Origin: Psammoneis japonica
Taxonomy: Eukaryota
NCBI GenBank assembly: GCA_008632985.1
Contig: QPGO01000195.1
Span: forward strand, 62,001 to 126,000
DNA length: 64,000 nt
Direction of reading: 5' to 3'
In this document: positions 35,904 through 49,104 of the stretch, piece after piece
Numbering within the stretch: position 1 is the first letter of the stretch
Layout of the letters: every line of letters starts with the position of its first letter
Notes under the pieces: generated by a model
What the model saw: the letters and a program-made list of their open reading frames with translations, nothing else
Databases searched by the model: none
What the model was told of the DNA's origin: nothing
Translations under genes and position numbers: made by a program

Positions 35904-37807
35904 AGAGCAAGAGAGAGAGAGCTCCCCCCCAATTTGATTGTTAGCGTGGCGAGTTACAGCGCGAAAGGTAGCGCAGTTTCTCCGCTAGTAGTAGGTTTGT
36001 ATGGTAATAGCTGCTAACCAGTTTTTAAGGCTACTTAGATTTCTAAGCTTCTATCATTTGTAAGGTCCCCTTTTCGAATTCCTTTGAAACATAGAAGTTG
36101 CATTTTGTCATACCCATTACCCATATAACGATCTGTTCGATGCGAATTAGCAGCATGGTCAACACCCGAGGAAAGCATTGCATATGATGAATCTGTTGTA
36201 TTGCTTCATTCCCCTTTCTCCTATTTAAATGAATAGTTAATCTCTTTGGTAATAATGCTAATGCTAATGCGACGTAGTAGAGTGCGCTGTTCTCGACGAA
36301 AGAACAAAGTGTTCATGGCTCCCGTCTTCCCATACTGTAATTGTTTTAGAACGTTAAATATCACTCAGCAATTTACTGTACTAGAGAGTGCATCGGATAA
36401 AGACTTTCCTACAGGTTAGCCTTGGCAGCAATCTACTGTTAAGTGATGATTGTCTGTCCACAGACGAATTCATAATACGAATAGAATCTCAACAATTAGC
36501 AACACCTTGAGTCACACACAAACTCGCCCTATAATACTCCATTGCGTCGTTTGGCACAAACCGTTCAGATGCCCTGAAAACAGAGTCAGGACATGACTAC
36601 AGATACAAAGTCAGCAACTTTGTTCGTGCTAGATCACTAATGAAGTTCGGCAGTTCGCCGCCGGGCGGATAGAGTCGCGAGTCGAAGCGCTCGAGCTGAC
36701 GAGGACTTCGGCGGTCACAAACAAAATCAATTTCGGAATCGAGTCACGCGAGGGCTTATGTCGGAAAAGCGAACATCTATTGGCTGGTCTGCTCAGTTTT
36801 TAACTTGCATCCGTGAATCACACATTGTGCAAATTGTGGAAGGCACAAAGTCACCTCACAAAAACACTTTGCGGATTGTGCCATGCTGGGACCGAGTCAT
36901 TTCTGTACAGTCACTAGTTAGGATTTCCGTTGATTTGTTTATATGGGAGACCGAGATGGTTGGAAACATTGTAAAACAAGCTTTGATTAGAGGAGGCATC
37001 GTGACTTCAGTGTTGAAAAGTGATCAATTTGGCAGGACAGAGCCGAACAAAATGACCAACTTTAAGTCGACAAAAATGGGAATGACCAGACATAACTTGT
37101 TGAGCGTGATCTACATAACACAAAAAGTTCGGAGTTGTCGAATTTACGATCAAGAGTTATGGGAGCTGGGCGCTTGTTTGGTCATTTCTAAAACTGTTGA
37201 CATGCGTGAATCGGATAAAATCTACTAGTTTCATAATTATCATACTGTCGCACTTTTTTGAGTTACAATGCCAGCATGGATAATAGCCCCCGTCAAGCTT
37301 CCTCCTTCTCTACACAACACAATACGAAGAGATCAAGTGGATTAGATCCTAGTCGTGAACTCCTTCTGCGAACTTGTTTTCCCTCACAGGATGTTATTAC
37401 ATTCATAGCTTTGTTACAGCCTAAGACAGAATTGTAGTAATGTCGCATTTCTTCGTTGAAGAGAGGCATTAATGAGGCATTCCTTCCCAAAGCTCGCTGG
37501 GCCCAACCTTTATGACCCATAACTTTAAGTAGACAAAATTTCAAATTTGTCGCTTACAAGACCCCCGTTAAATACCCCCACCTGCAATTCCCTCCGATTC
37601 TGCTCGGGGTGACCAGATTGTTCGGGTTGGCCCAATGTGTTTTCGTTTCCGCCAAAAACTTCTAATGACTGTCCCGAGGACGTTTACCTACACTGACCTG
37701 CTTCCGTTGTTGCGTTACTTCTCACAACTGTCGTACCCGAACCCATCTGTCCCATCTTCCTCGGTCTATCGAGCACAACGTTGTTGTTCGAACAAGCTGA
37801 CGAGGCC

Positions 37808-39378
37808 ATGGACAATGAGAATACTTCCAACGCCGGCCCAGAGTCATTCCCTGAGAAGGTTGAGACGAGTGTTGGGGTTTCGGCAGAGAACGCGATGATT
37901 GAACGAGTATCACACACGAGAGACCATAGCGACTCTGATGAGGCGTCGGCAGCCTCAGATAAAGGCTCTCAGTCAATCGAGCAAAAGGAGGAGGAAGAAG
38001 AATTCATAATACCAGAACGGTTCTCTAAGAATGGGCGACGAAAAGCTGTGTCGTTTCCGCTAAAGGTATGTTTCTCCGGCCCACTCTAGCTAGAGTGCGT
38101 GTTATCGCACTACATCTAACCTCGTCTCATTCGTTTCACTCCTGTTAGCTCATGAAGATACTTTCGTCCAAGGACAATGAAGATGTCATAGCATGGCTCC
38201 CCGGTGGAAAGGCCTTTTCGATCAAGGACCAGGAAAAATTCACTAGCGACATACTCCCCGTTCATTTTAAGCAGTCCAAGTACACGAGCTTTACCCGTAA
38301 GCTCCTCCGATGGGGCTTTACTCGCATCAAAGCTGGTACCTATACTCACGAACTATTCCAGAAAGGACGGATAGATCTCGTAGAGCAAATGTCATGCAAA
38401 ACAAAGGTTATGGCCCTGCCTCAACCTGCGCCCTTTTCATCACAAATGGGTTATCCGGGATTTCCAAGCTCCATGTCTCAGATTGCAGCAATACGACAGC
38501 AGCACCAGCAACAACAATCCATGCCTATGGTTCTTCCAATGGGAGGAGGGCCAGCTATGGGTGGTGGTGGAGGCGGGATGGACCTGTCCATGCAACAACA
38601 GGATGCCTTTGCTCGGATGCAACATCAGGATGCTCTGAACGCTGTAGATCGGGAAATCAACAGAGTGCGAAGACTGTTACAAGAGAAAAGACTTGAGGCA
38701 TCCTCATCAGGTCCACAACAACAAGAACAGCAGCAACAAAATCCATTTTCAAATCCCATGGCATCTATGCCAAACCCAGAAAACGTGTCACAGCAGGGGC
38801 AACTGGGTGCAATGGGACAACAGCTTGGTATGAGCCAACCACACAGTAGCGGAGGCCTTGGATCAATTGGCGTCATGCAACAGGCACCAATGCAGTCACA
38901 TGGAATGGCATCACTACCAAGCCACCCAGAGAGCTCTTCGTCTCAGCCTTCATCCGCGCTTAGTCCAGTTGACATTGAATTGGAAGTACGAAGACGTCTC
39001 CGCCTTCGGGAACACGGATTGAATCTGGATGTAGCATCTATGCCCTCGTTGCGAGAGCCGCCGGGTATGGCATCCTTGAGAGAACCGGGGGGCATGAATC
39101 GCGCTAGCGGAGGAATCGATCCAGTTCCAAACGTAAACCGAGGAAGTGTTGGGGGGGTTGAACCTTCTTTGCAAAGGGGTATGATGCCTATGAGTCCACA
39201 GCGACAGCCACAACAACTGCTTGGAAATGCTGGACAGTGGAACATACCTGGCGGAAACATGGGTGGCATGAACCCTAACTTAGGGTTTCCCATGGGCAAT
39301 ACTGGTGGCGCAGGCTATAACATGTCTGCAGGGAATATGCAGGGACGGTCAGGATCAACGCCTCCACCCTCACCTTGA
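37808..39378 (+). CDS. Heat shock factor (HSF)-type transcription factor (intron 38066-38148)
   Basis: FPLK|LMKIL..IAWLPGGKAF..FKQSKYTSFTRKLLRWGF DNA-binding domain; Q/G/M-rich tail. Confidence 0.9.
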
Positions 39379-40004
39379 GTTTGTGGGACGAATATGTAAA
39401 GCTCTTTGTTTCGTCTCCGTCTGGGTCTTGTGTCGTAATTTGCTGCTTGCAGGAAAATAATTTCACGCTATTCAAAGGTCTGAGGGCGAGTTACGATGAC
39501 GCTATTGGTAGCAAAACCTGTACTGTGGCTATAGGCAATATTACGTCGCATACTTTTCCGTCGTTTTTGGTAAAGTGCGGATTCCAGTAATACTTCTTTA
39601 AAGCTCTAGGCCCTACCGTAGCACTATTCGAGTACTCTGAAGACGGACTGCAGAGATTCGGTTATTCACCGGACAATGCTGGCTAGCTGGGGTGAACCGC
39701 AAATACATTATCCCGCGCACAGCTGCCGTGGCGAGGACAACGATTGGCGCACGCGTCTGGACGCCCACAAACAAGCAATGAAGACACCTTTGGCGGGACA
39801 TTGAAACCAAATGACGATCGTAACTGTAAGATGCACTACGCTTCTCATTCTTCGACAAAAAAGCACTGCTTTGAAAGGCGATGCTCTCGCTAGTAGTAGT
39901 ACACTTAGGTGATTCACACTCAAATGAATCGAGACATAACTGCGTTTCTAGGTATTGTTTAACAGTTTTTGTCTTGATGGCAGATCAAGTATTGTTTGAT
40001 TCAT

Positions 40005-40430
40005 TTACATGCCATTCTTGCGCTGGATCCAGGAAGCAACGTGCGTGCCCCAAGCAAGAGGTCCGCCGAAAGAGCCAAGGACGTAGTACCACTTGACCCA
40101 AGAACCGTCTGCGACAGCTCCGGGGACTTGCTGCAACTGATTGCTCTGGACGCAGGAATAAACACACACAGCAGCAAAGACAACAGAAAGCATTCCCAAT
40201 AGTCCCGAGGGCATCTTGGACATGATGGGTCCCAGAACCTTGGATGGCGGGTATTCATCTTCCCAGTACATGTCTTCCACCATGTTGAGCGAAGTCAACG
40301 AGGCTTGCTCAGTGATCCTGGGAGCGAAGGCTACAGAAGTAGTCATGGACTTAGTGGAAGTCGAGGGCGGAGCAAATGCCGACACGGCCGCAATAATGGC
40401 AGCGATGAGAATGAGGCTGAGCTTGGACAT
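40005..40430 (-). CDS. psaR: Plastid-targeted small 2-TM protein, probably the diatom photosystem I subunit PsaR
   Basis: VSAF|AP targeting motif; YPPSKVLGP, GPLAWGTHVASWIQRKNGM C-terminus recalled from diatom PSI (not searched). Confidence 0.55.
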   Translation of the reverse strand: MSKLSLILIAAIIAAVSAFAPPSTSTKSMTTSVAFAPRITEQASLTSLNMVEDMYWEDEYPPSKVLGPIMSKMPSGLLGMLSVVFAAVCVYSCVQSNQLQQVPGAVADGSWVKWYYVLGSFGGPLAWGTHVASWIQRKNGM

Positions 40431-41149
40431 GTTGAAAATTGAACTTGACTGAGAAAAATACGAGAGCGAACAGAAAAACACAGGTTAGATCGTGCTGAAA
40501 AATCCGACAAGCAGCTTACTGGTAGTAATTTGCAATTTCAACAACATCCCTAAAGACAGCGCACACGAAGAGAAACTTTAGCAACCCCTCTTCCATAGAC
40601 ACTCAGTCAAATTCGTGACCTGAACTTGCGTCTTGCTCTCTCCGTGTTGAATGAGAAGTAAATCGATGCTCAGAACCCGAAAGCACCCGCGTCACACAGC
40701 AAATCGCAGACACGTCCGCTATAATGATTCATATAAAATTCATTCACAGGCATACGGTGCGATCCTGTAACGATAGCGCCATGGCCAATCCTCACCTTCA
40801 AGAGAAAACCAGCAGCAAGTACGCTGTCGTAAGCAGGTGTCTGTTCGATCACTCATCGATTCACGAAAAGATCTGCAAGCTCCAAGCTCAACCTGACCAC
40901 GCGCGAAAAATCCTCGCGCGACTTTTGTGGCGCAGCTTTGGTTGCGCGTGGCGACAAAGATCGCGCGAAAACCGTTATTCTGCGAGTGCGTCATGGATCG
41001 TTCTACGTGATTTTTGTAGTGTGCCCTACGGAGTACGTGTTCGACTCACATCATTCGTTTTTGGGGTGGTCCTCCCGCCCTCCATCCATCAAAACACGCG
41101 GCAAAACTTGAACCTGTGTTCCTTTTCTATTGGGTTCGGTTGATCCACC

Positions 41150-44147
41150 ATGGCGGGTGTTTCGAAGAGCTTGGCTTTATTAGCCTTGATCGCCTTGGCA
41201 TCCAAAAATGTTCAGTCATTTACTCCTGTTTCTCTGCAGCACTTGAAACATGTTACATCACCGTCTTCTACGTCGGCGATTAAACTTTCCATGACGGCCG
41301 AGAGTGAAACCGCCACAGATGTATCCATTCCTTATGATGCAGCTGCCCGGTTGGCTTATGATGAGTGGCGCGCGCAATTCAACAAGGGCGAATTTGATCC
41401 TGCTCGCTACGAGAGCTTTAGGGCAAACTACAGCGCGATTACTGTTGCCAATATTTCTGCCAAGAAGGCGGCGCGTGATGCTGGTGCGGGCCAACCCAAA
41501 GTAATGAAATTGAATGAGTTTGGTGACTGCACAGCAGAGGAATACCAGGCTATTCAGAGAGGCGAAACACTGCCAGCTCCCGCTCCCGCTTCCACACCCA
41601 CTGTCACTACCACTGGGGATGTGCTTGGGAAGGCTGTTGAAGCGTCCCAGTCGCAGTCGGAAGCTTCTAGTGCACTTGCCGATGCAGCAGAGGCGCTTGC
41701 GGAAGAAGAAGAGGTAAGGAAACAGAGTGCATTTTGAGCGAAAAAAGCGAATCGCGTTATGTTTTGGAAAACTTTACTTTGTATAGTGGTTGACTTGTCT
41801 TTCTCCCTCTCGATAAAATCTGTCGCAGAAACTGGCAAAGCAGCTCGGGTTGGAAAACGTTGACGAACTAGAGGCCGCTTTGGATGCTATGGAAGGCATT
41901 GCTGATGATGGGGGAGAGCTCGAAAAGGAAAATATTGCACGTGAGGCCCGAGTGCGCTCTGCCTATTTGGAGTGGTGCAAAGAATACGAAAAGGAGCCAG
42001 ATGAAGCACGTTTCGCCACATTTACATCCAATTTCTTGGCTATGGAGAAGTATGCCTCCGAAAGCGGAAAGGAAATGAATTTGAATGCATATGCCGACTG
42101 TACCGAGGAAGAATACTTGGCTCAGACAAACCAGGGTATCTCGTCAGCCACTGTTGTTAGTGAAGAAGATATCGAGGCAGAGGCAGCAGCGAAGGAGGAG
42201 GTAGATGCGGCAGAGGTGGCCGCGAAGGAGGAAGCGGATGCGGCAGCGGTGGCTGCGAAGGAAGAAGCTGACAAAGCGGCGAAGGAGGCTGCTAAAGCCA
42301 AAGCAGAGGCCGAGGAAAAAGCAGCCGCGGAAGCTGCGGCTGCCGCAAAGGCCGCTGACGAGGCAGCGGCAAAGGCTGCTGCAGAACTTGAAGCCAGAGA
42401 AAAGGCCAAAGAAGAGGAGGCCGCGAAAAAGAAGGCTGAAGAAGAGGCATTGGCCGCCATGTCCGAGAAAGACAGGAGAGCTGCAATCGACAAAGAGCGC
42501 AGTGCCCGACAGTCAGCTCAAACAAAAGCACTTGAAAAGGCGCGACTTGAGGCTGAGGCTGCAGCCATTGCTCTGGTAAGTTCCAAAATCAGATGACGAA
42601 ATCCTTTGTAGTTTCTCTTGATAGTTGACCCTGGCGCACTGCAATGCCCGTTTCTCTCGCTACCTTTATAGGCAAAGGAAACCGCTGAGAAAGAGGCTGC
42701 GCAGATTGCAAAACGTCAAGCAGACGACAGAGCGGCTGCAGAGATGCTTCGCCAGCAAATTGAGGCTGCCGAGGAAAAGCAAAAAATGATACAAAAAGCC
42801 AAAAAACCGAGCCCCGAACCGAAGAAGGCGGCACCAGGACTTGCGTCATTTTTCCAACAAAAAGACACACTGGATAAGCCGGCAGCGAAACCCGCACCAG
42901 CCAAATCGGTAGCGAAAGCCACTCCCAAGAAAGTGAAACCAGCTGTCAAGAAATCTGCGCCGATTCAACCTAGCATTACCTTCTCCTTGGGCAAGAAACC
43001 AGAGGCAAAACCTGCACCAAAGAGTATAAGCTTTTCTCTTGGTAAAAAGCCCGAGGTAAAGAGCACACCCAGGCCTAGCTTTTCTTTGGGCAAGCCCGCA
43101 CCGAAGAAAGAAGCGCCAAAAAAGGATGCGCCTAAGTTGGATCTCGGTTCATTCCTTTCTTCGACTCCGACACCACAGAAGAAAGCCGCTCCGGCACCCA
43201 AGGTTGCCCCTGTGAAGAAGGCCGCGCCAGCCGCAAAGAAGGCAGACCCTTTCTCCTTCTTTTCATCCGAACCTGCGCCAAAGAAAGCCGCACCTGCTCC
43301 GGCACCGAAGCCTGCGCCAGTTGCGAAAAAGGCAGAGCCATTCTCTTTCTTTGCATCGAAGCCCGCGCCAAAGAAAGTGGCCCCGGCCCCTGCACCTAAG
43401 CCCACACCGGTTGCGAAGAAGGCAGCACCATTCTCCTTGTTCGGGTCAAAACCACCGCCAAAGAAAGCGGCCCCGGCTCCTGCACCCAAGCCCGCGCCAG
43501 TAGCGAAGAAACCGGCGCCTATGTTTTCATTTGGTTCTAAACCAGCACCAAAGAAGGTTACTCCTCCAGCCCCCGCACCCGTTGCAAAGAAACCTGCGCC
43601 TATGTTTTCATTTGGTTCCAAACCGGCGCCAAAGAAGGCTGCTCCACCAGCTCCCGCACCCGTTGCAAAGAAACCTGCGCCAATGTTTTCTTTTGGTTCG
43701 AAACCGGCAACTAAGAAAGCTGCTCCTCCAGCGCCCGCACCAGTTGCAAAGAAACCTGCGCCAATGTTTTCGTTTGGTACCAAGGCGGCTCCAAAGGCAG
43801 CCCCGGCTCCAGCTCCTGCACCCAAGAAGGAACCGTTTTCGCTTTTCGGAAGCAAGTCGGCTCCGAGTGCTGGTAGAGGAACCCAAGCTCTCCCCAAGCC
43901 TGAGGACAAAGCTCAAAAGAAGGGTGGCTTTTCTTTGTTTGGCGGGGGAGCTTCGGCGGCGCCTAAGGATGACATTCCGGTCCTGTCTCGATTTGTTCAG
44001 AACGCAGATGGCTCATTGACTGGATTTGTAAGCAACTCCAAAGATTTTCGAAACGGAACAGAAATCACCACCTCTCCCGTTCGCCGAGGAGCCAAGGCTG
44101 GCGATCTCGTCACGACCAGCTCCGGAAGTAAATACCGTTTGCAGTAA
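41150..44147 (+). CDS. Large plastid-targeted protein: two I29-propeptide-like domains, EA-rich coil, P/A/K repeats with FSF(G) motifs, C-terminal ITTSPV..TSSGSKYRL domain (introns 41714-41828, 42576-42671)
   Basis: VQSF|TP targeting; AYDEW..F..LNEFGDCTAEEY twice; 81-nt repeats at ~43500-43790; in-frame GT-AG joins. Confidence 0.75.
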
Positions 44148-44492
44148 AACTAAAGTAACGTAATCTCATATAGTATATAGTTGCACTTTGCAATGTGTCT
44201 TTTTCGTCTGGTCCAACACCTAAAAGAAAAACACATTAGTTGTACAACAAACAAAGGTCTCCGGTTCCCGTCAAACCTGCTCTGGTAGTCACTACAAAGT
44301 AGCTACTCGAAAATGTCTTGCTTAAAGGGTCTTCATTGAACATTGAGTGCGATTCTCTATTTTGTTATCGTTACCCACAAATATGTACTTTTTCTTTCTG
44401 CCATTTTTAAAATTTTTAGTCAACCCCCTTCCTGTACGACAAGCAACACGCCGTGACGCTGCTCGAAGAATGCTTGTACCTCCCTACGATGA

Positions 44493-46212
44493 CTACGTGG
44501 CTGGAGCTCTTGGCACCGGTTTCGCGGCCACCGCATCATTCGTAGGTTGCACATGCTCCTGCTTGGCCGCACCTGCCATGTGCAAACTAGACGCAACCCT
44601 GCCATCATGTGAAGCTGAAGTTCGGATGGGCGCGTGGGCACCCACTCGACGCCCCTTGCCCCGTTGCGAGACGGGAAAGGACGAAACCTGTTTCAATTCC
44701 CCCGATCCCGGCATCCTACTGACACTTCCGGCCGCCCTAGAACCACCCCGAGTCGAACGGACCCTTGGTTGTGAAAGGTGTTGCTGCTGTTGCTCGTGAC
44801 TACCGAAAGGAAACCACGTTTGGCGAGATACGGGCGACGCAGCTTCTGGGTAGCTTCTTGCGTAATCAACCCGGTACTGACGTGGATCATAGTGATGCTG
44901 ACCCCATCCATTCCAAGCTGCTTGGTCAGGTGGGTAACTTGTGTTTCGTTTCAGCGCTGAAGCCGGTGGCGACGAGTGCTCCTTGTGGTCTTTTCCTTTC
45001 TCTGAAGCATCCGATCTCAAGGACGGAACCTGGAGGATACTGCGAGGCTGATGCGCCGGGCTGCTGCCGTCTTGAGACTGCCGCGGACTCTCGTAAGATG
45101 AGGAAGAAGATGATTTGGTAGCAACCGGAGTATCTGTCTTTTCTTCGGACGAATTGCTCATCCGGAGGCAGAGAGACGGATCATCACGTACAAACAGCTA
45201 AAGGAAAGAAAATAACCAGCCGTACTGTTAGAGAAATGCCGAGATCTTGGAAAAAAAAAAACCATTGACAACTTACCGGATGAGAGTAGGCTCCAACGTC
45301 CGGTCCGTCCTTAATTTCTTCAAATCCCCACTCCTTGACAAGTGACAAGAATGAATCGATCGATGCGCCGCCAGATCTTGAGGAATCTAGCTGCGCAAAG
45401 TACTTGGGTAGCACTTCACGTCTCAAGGCATCCCATCTGAGCACTCTCCATGCTTGCCCATGTTCAAGCCACTGCAATACCGTGCCAGACTTGCTTAACG
45501 CGTCGTGCAGCAGTGAGGGAAACTTCTTCTGGATCAATACAATGTCCAAGTCTTCCTTCATACGGTCTTCATGATTGAGAGGATGTCCCTCCTTCAAGTC
45601 ATACGAGCTCGAACGAGATGCCGGTGGGGCATACTTTGGAGTCGAAACCGTCTCTTCCGAGGTCGAGTGAGTTCCAATACTTGAGCTACTGACGGGGCTC
45701 ACATGACAGGGCAACCGAGAGCTGTCTGAAGTGGCTGGAGCGGTAGCCACGACGCCGCCATCCTTGGAGTTTGTGTTGCGTCTCAGAAAGTCCAAATGCT
45801 TCTTTCGCTTCTTGAGTGGAGGGTTACTCGATGATTCAGTTTCCGTTGCTGGCGGCACACGAGGACTCTCTCCACTCGCAGCCAAGAGCAGAGCCGAGGC
45901 CGCAGCCTCTTCAGGACTTTCCTCTTTGATCTCTCGCTTTTGAGAAACACGAGTAGGAGCCTGAGACAATGGCTGCTCGCTGTGTTGGGCTACTGAGTGA
46001 GCTGCATGGTCATTCATAGCGTGATGCAACGTCCCATACGTTTGTGGAAGACCCGCAGCAAAGAACCGAGCACGCTGAGCAGCCACAGCCGCAACTTCTG
46101 CATGATGCAAATGATATGCTGCCGAGAGCGACGAAGGAGGTGGAGCGTGCATTCCACGACCTCTCATGAGGAGGCCATGAGGCGTAGTAGGATGATCCGC
46201 TCGATGAGGCAT
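44493..46212 (-). CDS. Divergent HSF-type DNA-binding protein (intron 45276-45198)
   Basis: FPSLLHDAL..LQWLEHGQAW..VLPKYF..SFL..VKEWGF..YSHP|LFVRD; NLS PLKKRKK. Confidence 0.75.
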
Positions 46213-47272
46213 GATCACGATTGTTGTTGAATTCCTCAGATTCACCTATACAACAGCAGCTGTTGAAATACCGAGAAAGAGCAACACAAGCTTTCTTGTG
46301 AACGACTGAAGCTCCGATTTGGCACGACCGCTCGGCTTACAACAGCAACCCTATCTATTCACTTTCAATAACAAAACACACAGCAACAGACACGTTGTAG
46401 GTGTTGGTTGATGCTTGTAGCGGCTATCAACACTCTCTAACAACAGCGTGATGACTCGCTTTCGCTCTGTTGCTCTTTCTCTCGTTTTGTCGTGCTGCAT
46501 GCGTTGCGCCCTTGTTCAACGGTCAAGCCCGATCGCCCCGCTTTCGACTATCAATTATTGAGAGTTCTCATTTGAAATGTTCGTTATTCAGCGAATACAT
46601 AGGATACTCTCCGTGCGTTGGGAGCCGCAAAATGGTGGTACACAATCTACGGCCGCCACAACGTGATTAAACCGAAAACGATAACTTTATCCAAAACCGT
46701 AGAGTCAATAATTTTCAAATGCGTTTGACTTGTCTATGATTTCCAAATTTCAAACTATTTGGTTATTTGATTAGTAAAAAATAGAGGATTTTCTCCAGCA
46801 TTAGTGTAGTTGAAGGCAACTAGTTTAGAACATTTTGATTCACAAAATTTGGCCGGCAGTTTCCGTTACAAGAAGTAACGAACTATTTCGAAAACTCAAC
46901 GGATGTCGCATGACCGCCACTTTTTTTTCCCTCGCCGGAAGATTCTTCGACTTGCAGGGAGGAGTCGATCATCTCACACGTCCCTCTGAATTCTGGATTC
47001 GGAGCCAATGCATCGCCAAAAGAATGCTTTAGCAGACGAGAAGTGTACAAGTGGTGCAACTTTGGTCATGATAGTGTTGCAAGTGGCATATCGAGTTATT
47101 CAAAACTATGGACGTGTACGAACCTCACGAACCACCGCCAACCGTGAATGACATTCTGGCGCAAGTTTACGCTTTCGAGGAGAGCCTTTTAACAATGAGG
47201 AAAAAGAGACAGACAAAGCTGACAAAATATCGCCCTTCAAATTGAAGAAAAGCCAAATATCATATCTCAATC

Positions 47273-48697
47273 ATGGTGGATTTGGCTACTCTGTCTGCTC
47301 CACACTCGAGCTACGGAATTTTTTCACTGACCTCTGCTACCGATATTCAACCCCCAATGGTATACCATCGTGCCCTAGTTCCGAAGTTGGTTGCTCGAGC
47401 TCGAGAAAGCGCCTGTGATTTCTTGGGATACCGGAGTATCAAAGGCAAGTTTTGCTTTCACGTCTATATCCTCGGCACTGTTTACCGTGTTGGATTCAGT
47501 TGTCTCTTTGACCGAAATGATGATAAGGAAGCAATTCTTGTGTCAGACACAATCTATCATTCTGTTGCCGATATGATATTGCATTTGTCAAAAACCAAGG
47601 GCTTTGAAATCATCTATGTTGAAACCCCACATGGTGCAAACATGGAAGAAATATACAGTTCTTGGGCTCAGTCTCTCGAAAACAGCGTAGCAAGAAAGCT
47701 GAAAATCAAGCTTGCCGTTTTCGATCACATTTCTTCCAAGCCTACAATAATGGTATGTTTCAAGATACTGTGTTATCGCAGCATTTCTACAGTACGCCCT
47801 CATTATGATTTCCTTGCTGTTTTGCAGTACCCCGTCAAGAAGATTTGCGACTTGTGTCAGTCTTTTCGAATTCCCACCCTTGTCGATGGCGCACACGTCC
47901 CAGGAGGGATACCTATATTTGATGATGTGAGCGTACCGTATTTTGGCGCGACCTTTTACGTCGTCACGTTCCACAAATGGTGCAATGCACCTCGTGGTGG
48001 GAACAATGGAGGAATATGGGTAAACCAAACGCAGGTGGAAGATATCTATGGCGATTTTGTAGACGTTTCGCGAGTGGTGGTACGCGGTGGTTCTGCAGAG
48101 GATCACGACCATGATTTGTATTTGGATGCCTCAAAACCAGGATACCTGACCGATGGCCTGACTAGAGGTATATATGATGAAAGCACTAGAGAGTACGAAA
48201 GCATCATGGTGCTACCTCATTGCTTGAAGCTCGTCAAGTCAGGTCAAGCAGATTTTGAAACGCACAAGTCGAACCTTCGAGAGGAGACCATTGAAATTTT
48301 ACGACAGGCTTGGACTCTAGATGAAAAGGAGGCGACTCGTTGGGGCGATGGTATTGGACGTGTTTCGGAATCGCATCAATACCTGTTGCCTATGATATGC
48401 ATTCCCTTACCTACGTTCGAGTTGTGCCGTGCAACTGCTGCTCGATTCCAAAGCGAAGCAACAGAAGGTGTAAACAGCGTCAAGCACCATCTTGCTTGGC
48501 TAAAGAAGTATTTGGTGTTGACGCTATGGCAAAGGCACGCCATCGAAGTACCAGTGTTTGTTTTTCAGAACAAAATATTGGGCGTGCGAATCAGTTTTGG
48601 TCCTCGTGTGGTCATTCAAGACATTCACCGACTGGGTAGCGCAGTCAACCATTTCATCAAGGATGAGACGGAATTGGAAGGTACGCACGGAGTTTAG
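47273..48697 (+). CDS. PLP-dependent class V aminotransferase-fold enzyme (isopenicillin N epimerase/cysteine lyase-like); 5' end and introns uncertain
   Basis: VFDHISS, LVDGAHVPG, TFHKW (PLP lysine), C-terminal IEVPV..VRIS. Confidence 0.75.
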   Translation: MVDLATLSAPHSSYGIFSLTSATDIQPPMVYHRALVPKLVARARESACDFLGYRSIKGKFCFHVYILGTVYRVGFSCLFDRNDDKEAILVSDTIYHSVADMILHLSKTKGFEIIYVETPHGANMEEIYSSWAQSLENSVARKLKIKLAVFDHISSKPTIMVCFKILCYRSISTVRPHYDFLAVLQYPVKKICDLCQSFRIPTLVDGAHVPGGIPIFDDVSVPYFGATFYVVTFHKWCNAPRGGNNGGIWVNQTQVEDIYGDFVDVSRVVVRGGSAEDHDHDLYLDASKPGYLTDGLTRGIYDESTREYESIMVLPHCLKLVKSGQADFETHKSNLREETIEILRQAWTLDEKEATRWGDGIGRVSESHQYLLPMICIPLPTFELCRATAARFQSEATEGVNSVKHHLAWLKKYLVLTLWQRHAIEVPVFVFQNKILGVRISFGPRVVIQDIHRLGSAVNHFIKDETELEGTHGV

Positions 48698-49104
48698 ACA
48701 CAAATGACCTACGCCCTACTACCTAGACAGGAACAAAGTACGTCGTGACTGCGTCCATTGTTTACAGAAAGATTTATTTACGTTCTCGTCGGAAGTAATC
48801 CCAAGTTCTTGCCACTATGAGGTAAGGTCTTCGGTCCCTATCTTTTGCGGTCGGCATTCTATTTAGCATTCGGCGGTTTACGGTCGGCAGCGTACGTAAA
48901 ACACGCTGAACACCTCTACAAGATAACGCATAGATCAAAAACGCAGTAGGTCGCATGTTTGGCTTTGGAATGGCAGAAATACCACTGGTTTAGCTACTGT
49001 ACCGTTCTATATCACGCGAAAAAGATCAAGGACTGAACTCAAAATATCTCGCCACATGCTACTGATGTTTTCAACATATTCCACATGGTGACACCATGCC
49101 ACAA

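Noticed and set aside
36758..37544. ORFs 36758-37228 and 37293-37544
   Set aside because: No motifs, splice structure or coding-like composition; treated as intergenic.
42122..43909. Long antisense ORFs (42122-42493, 42965-43909)
   Set aside because: Shadows of the low-complexity Ala/Pro/Lys sense gene.
32163..46212. Heat-shock gene cluster (p23 plus two HSFs)
   Set aside because: HSFs are a large family in diatoms and unrelated genes intervene, so proximity is probably chance.
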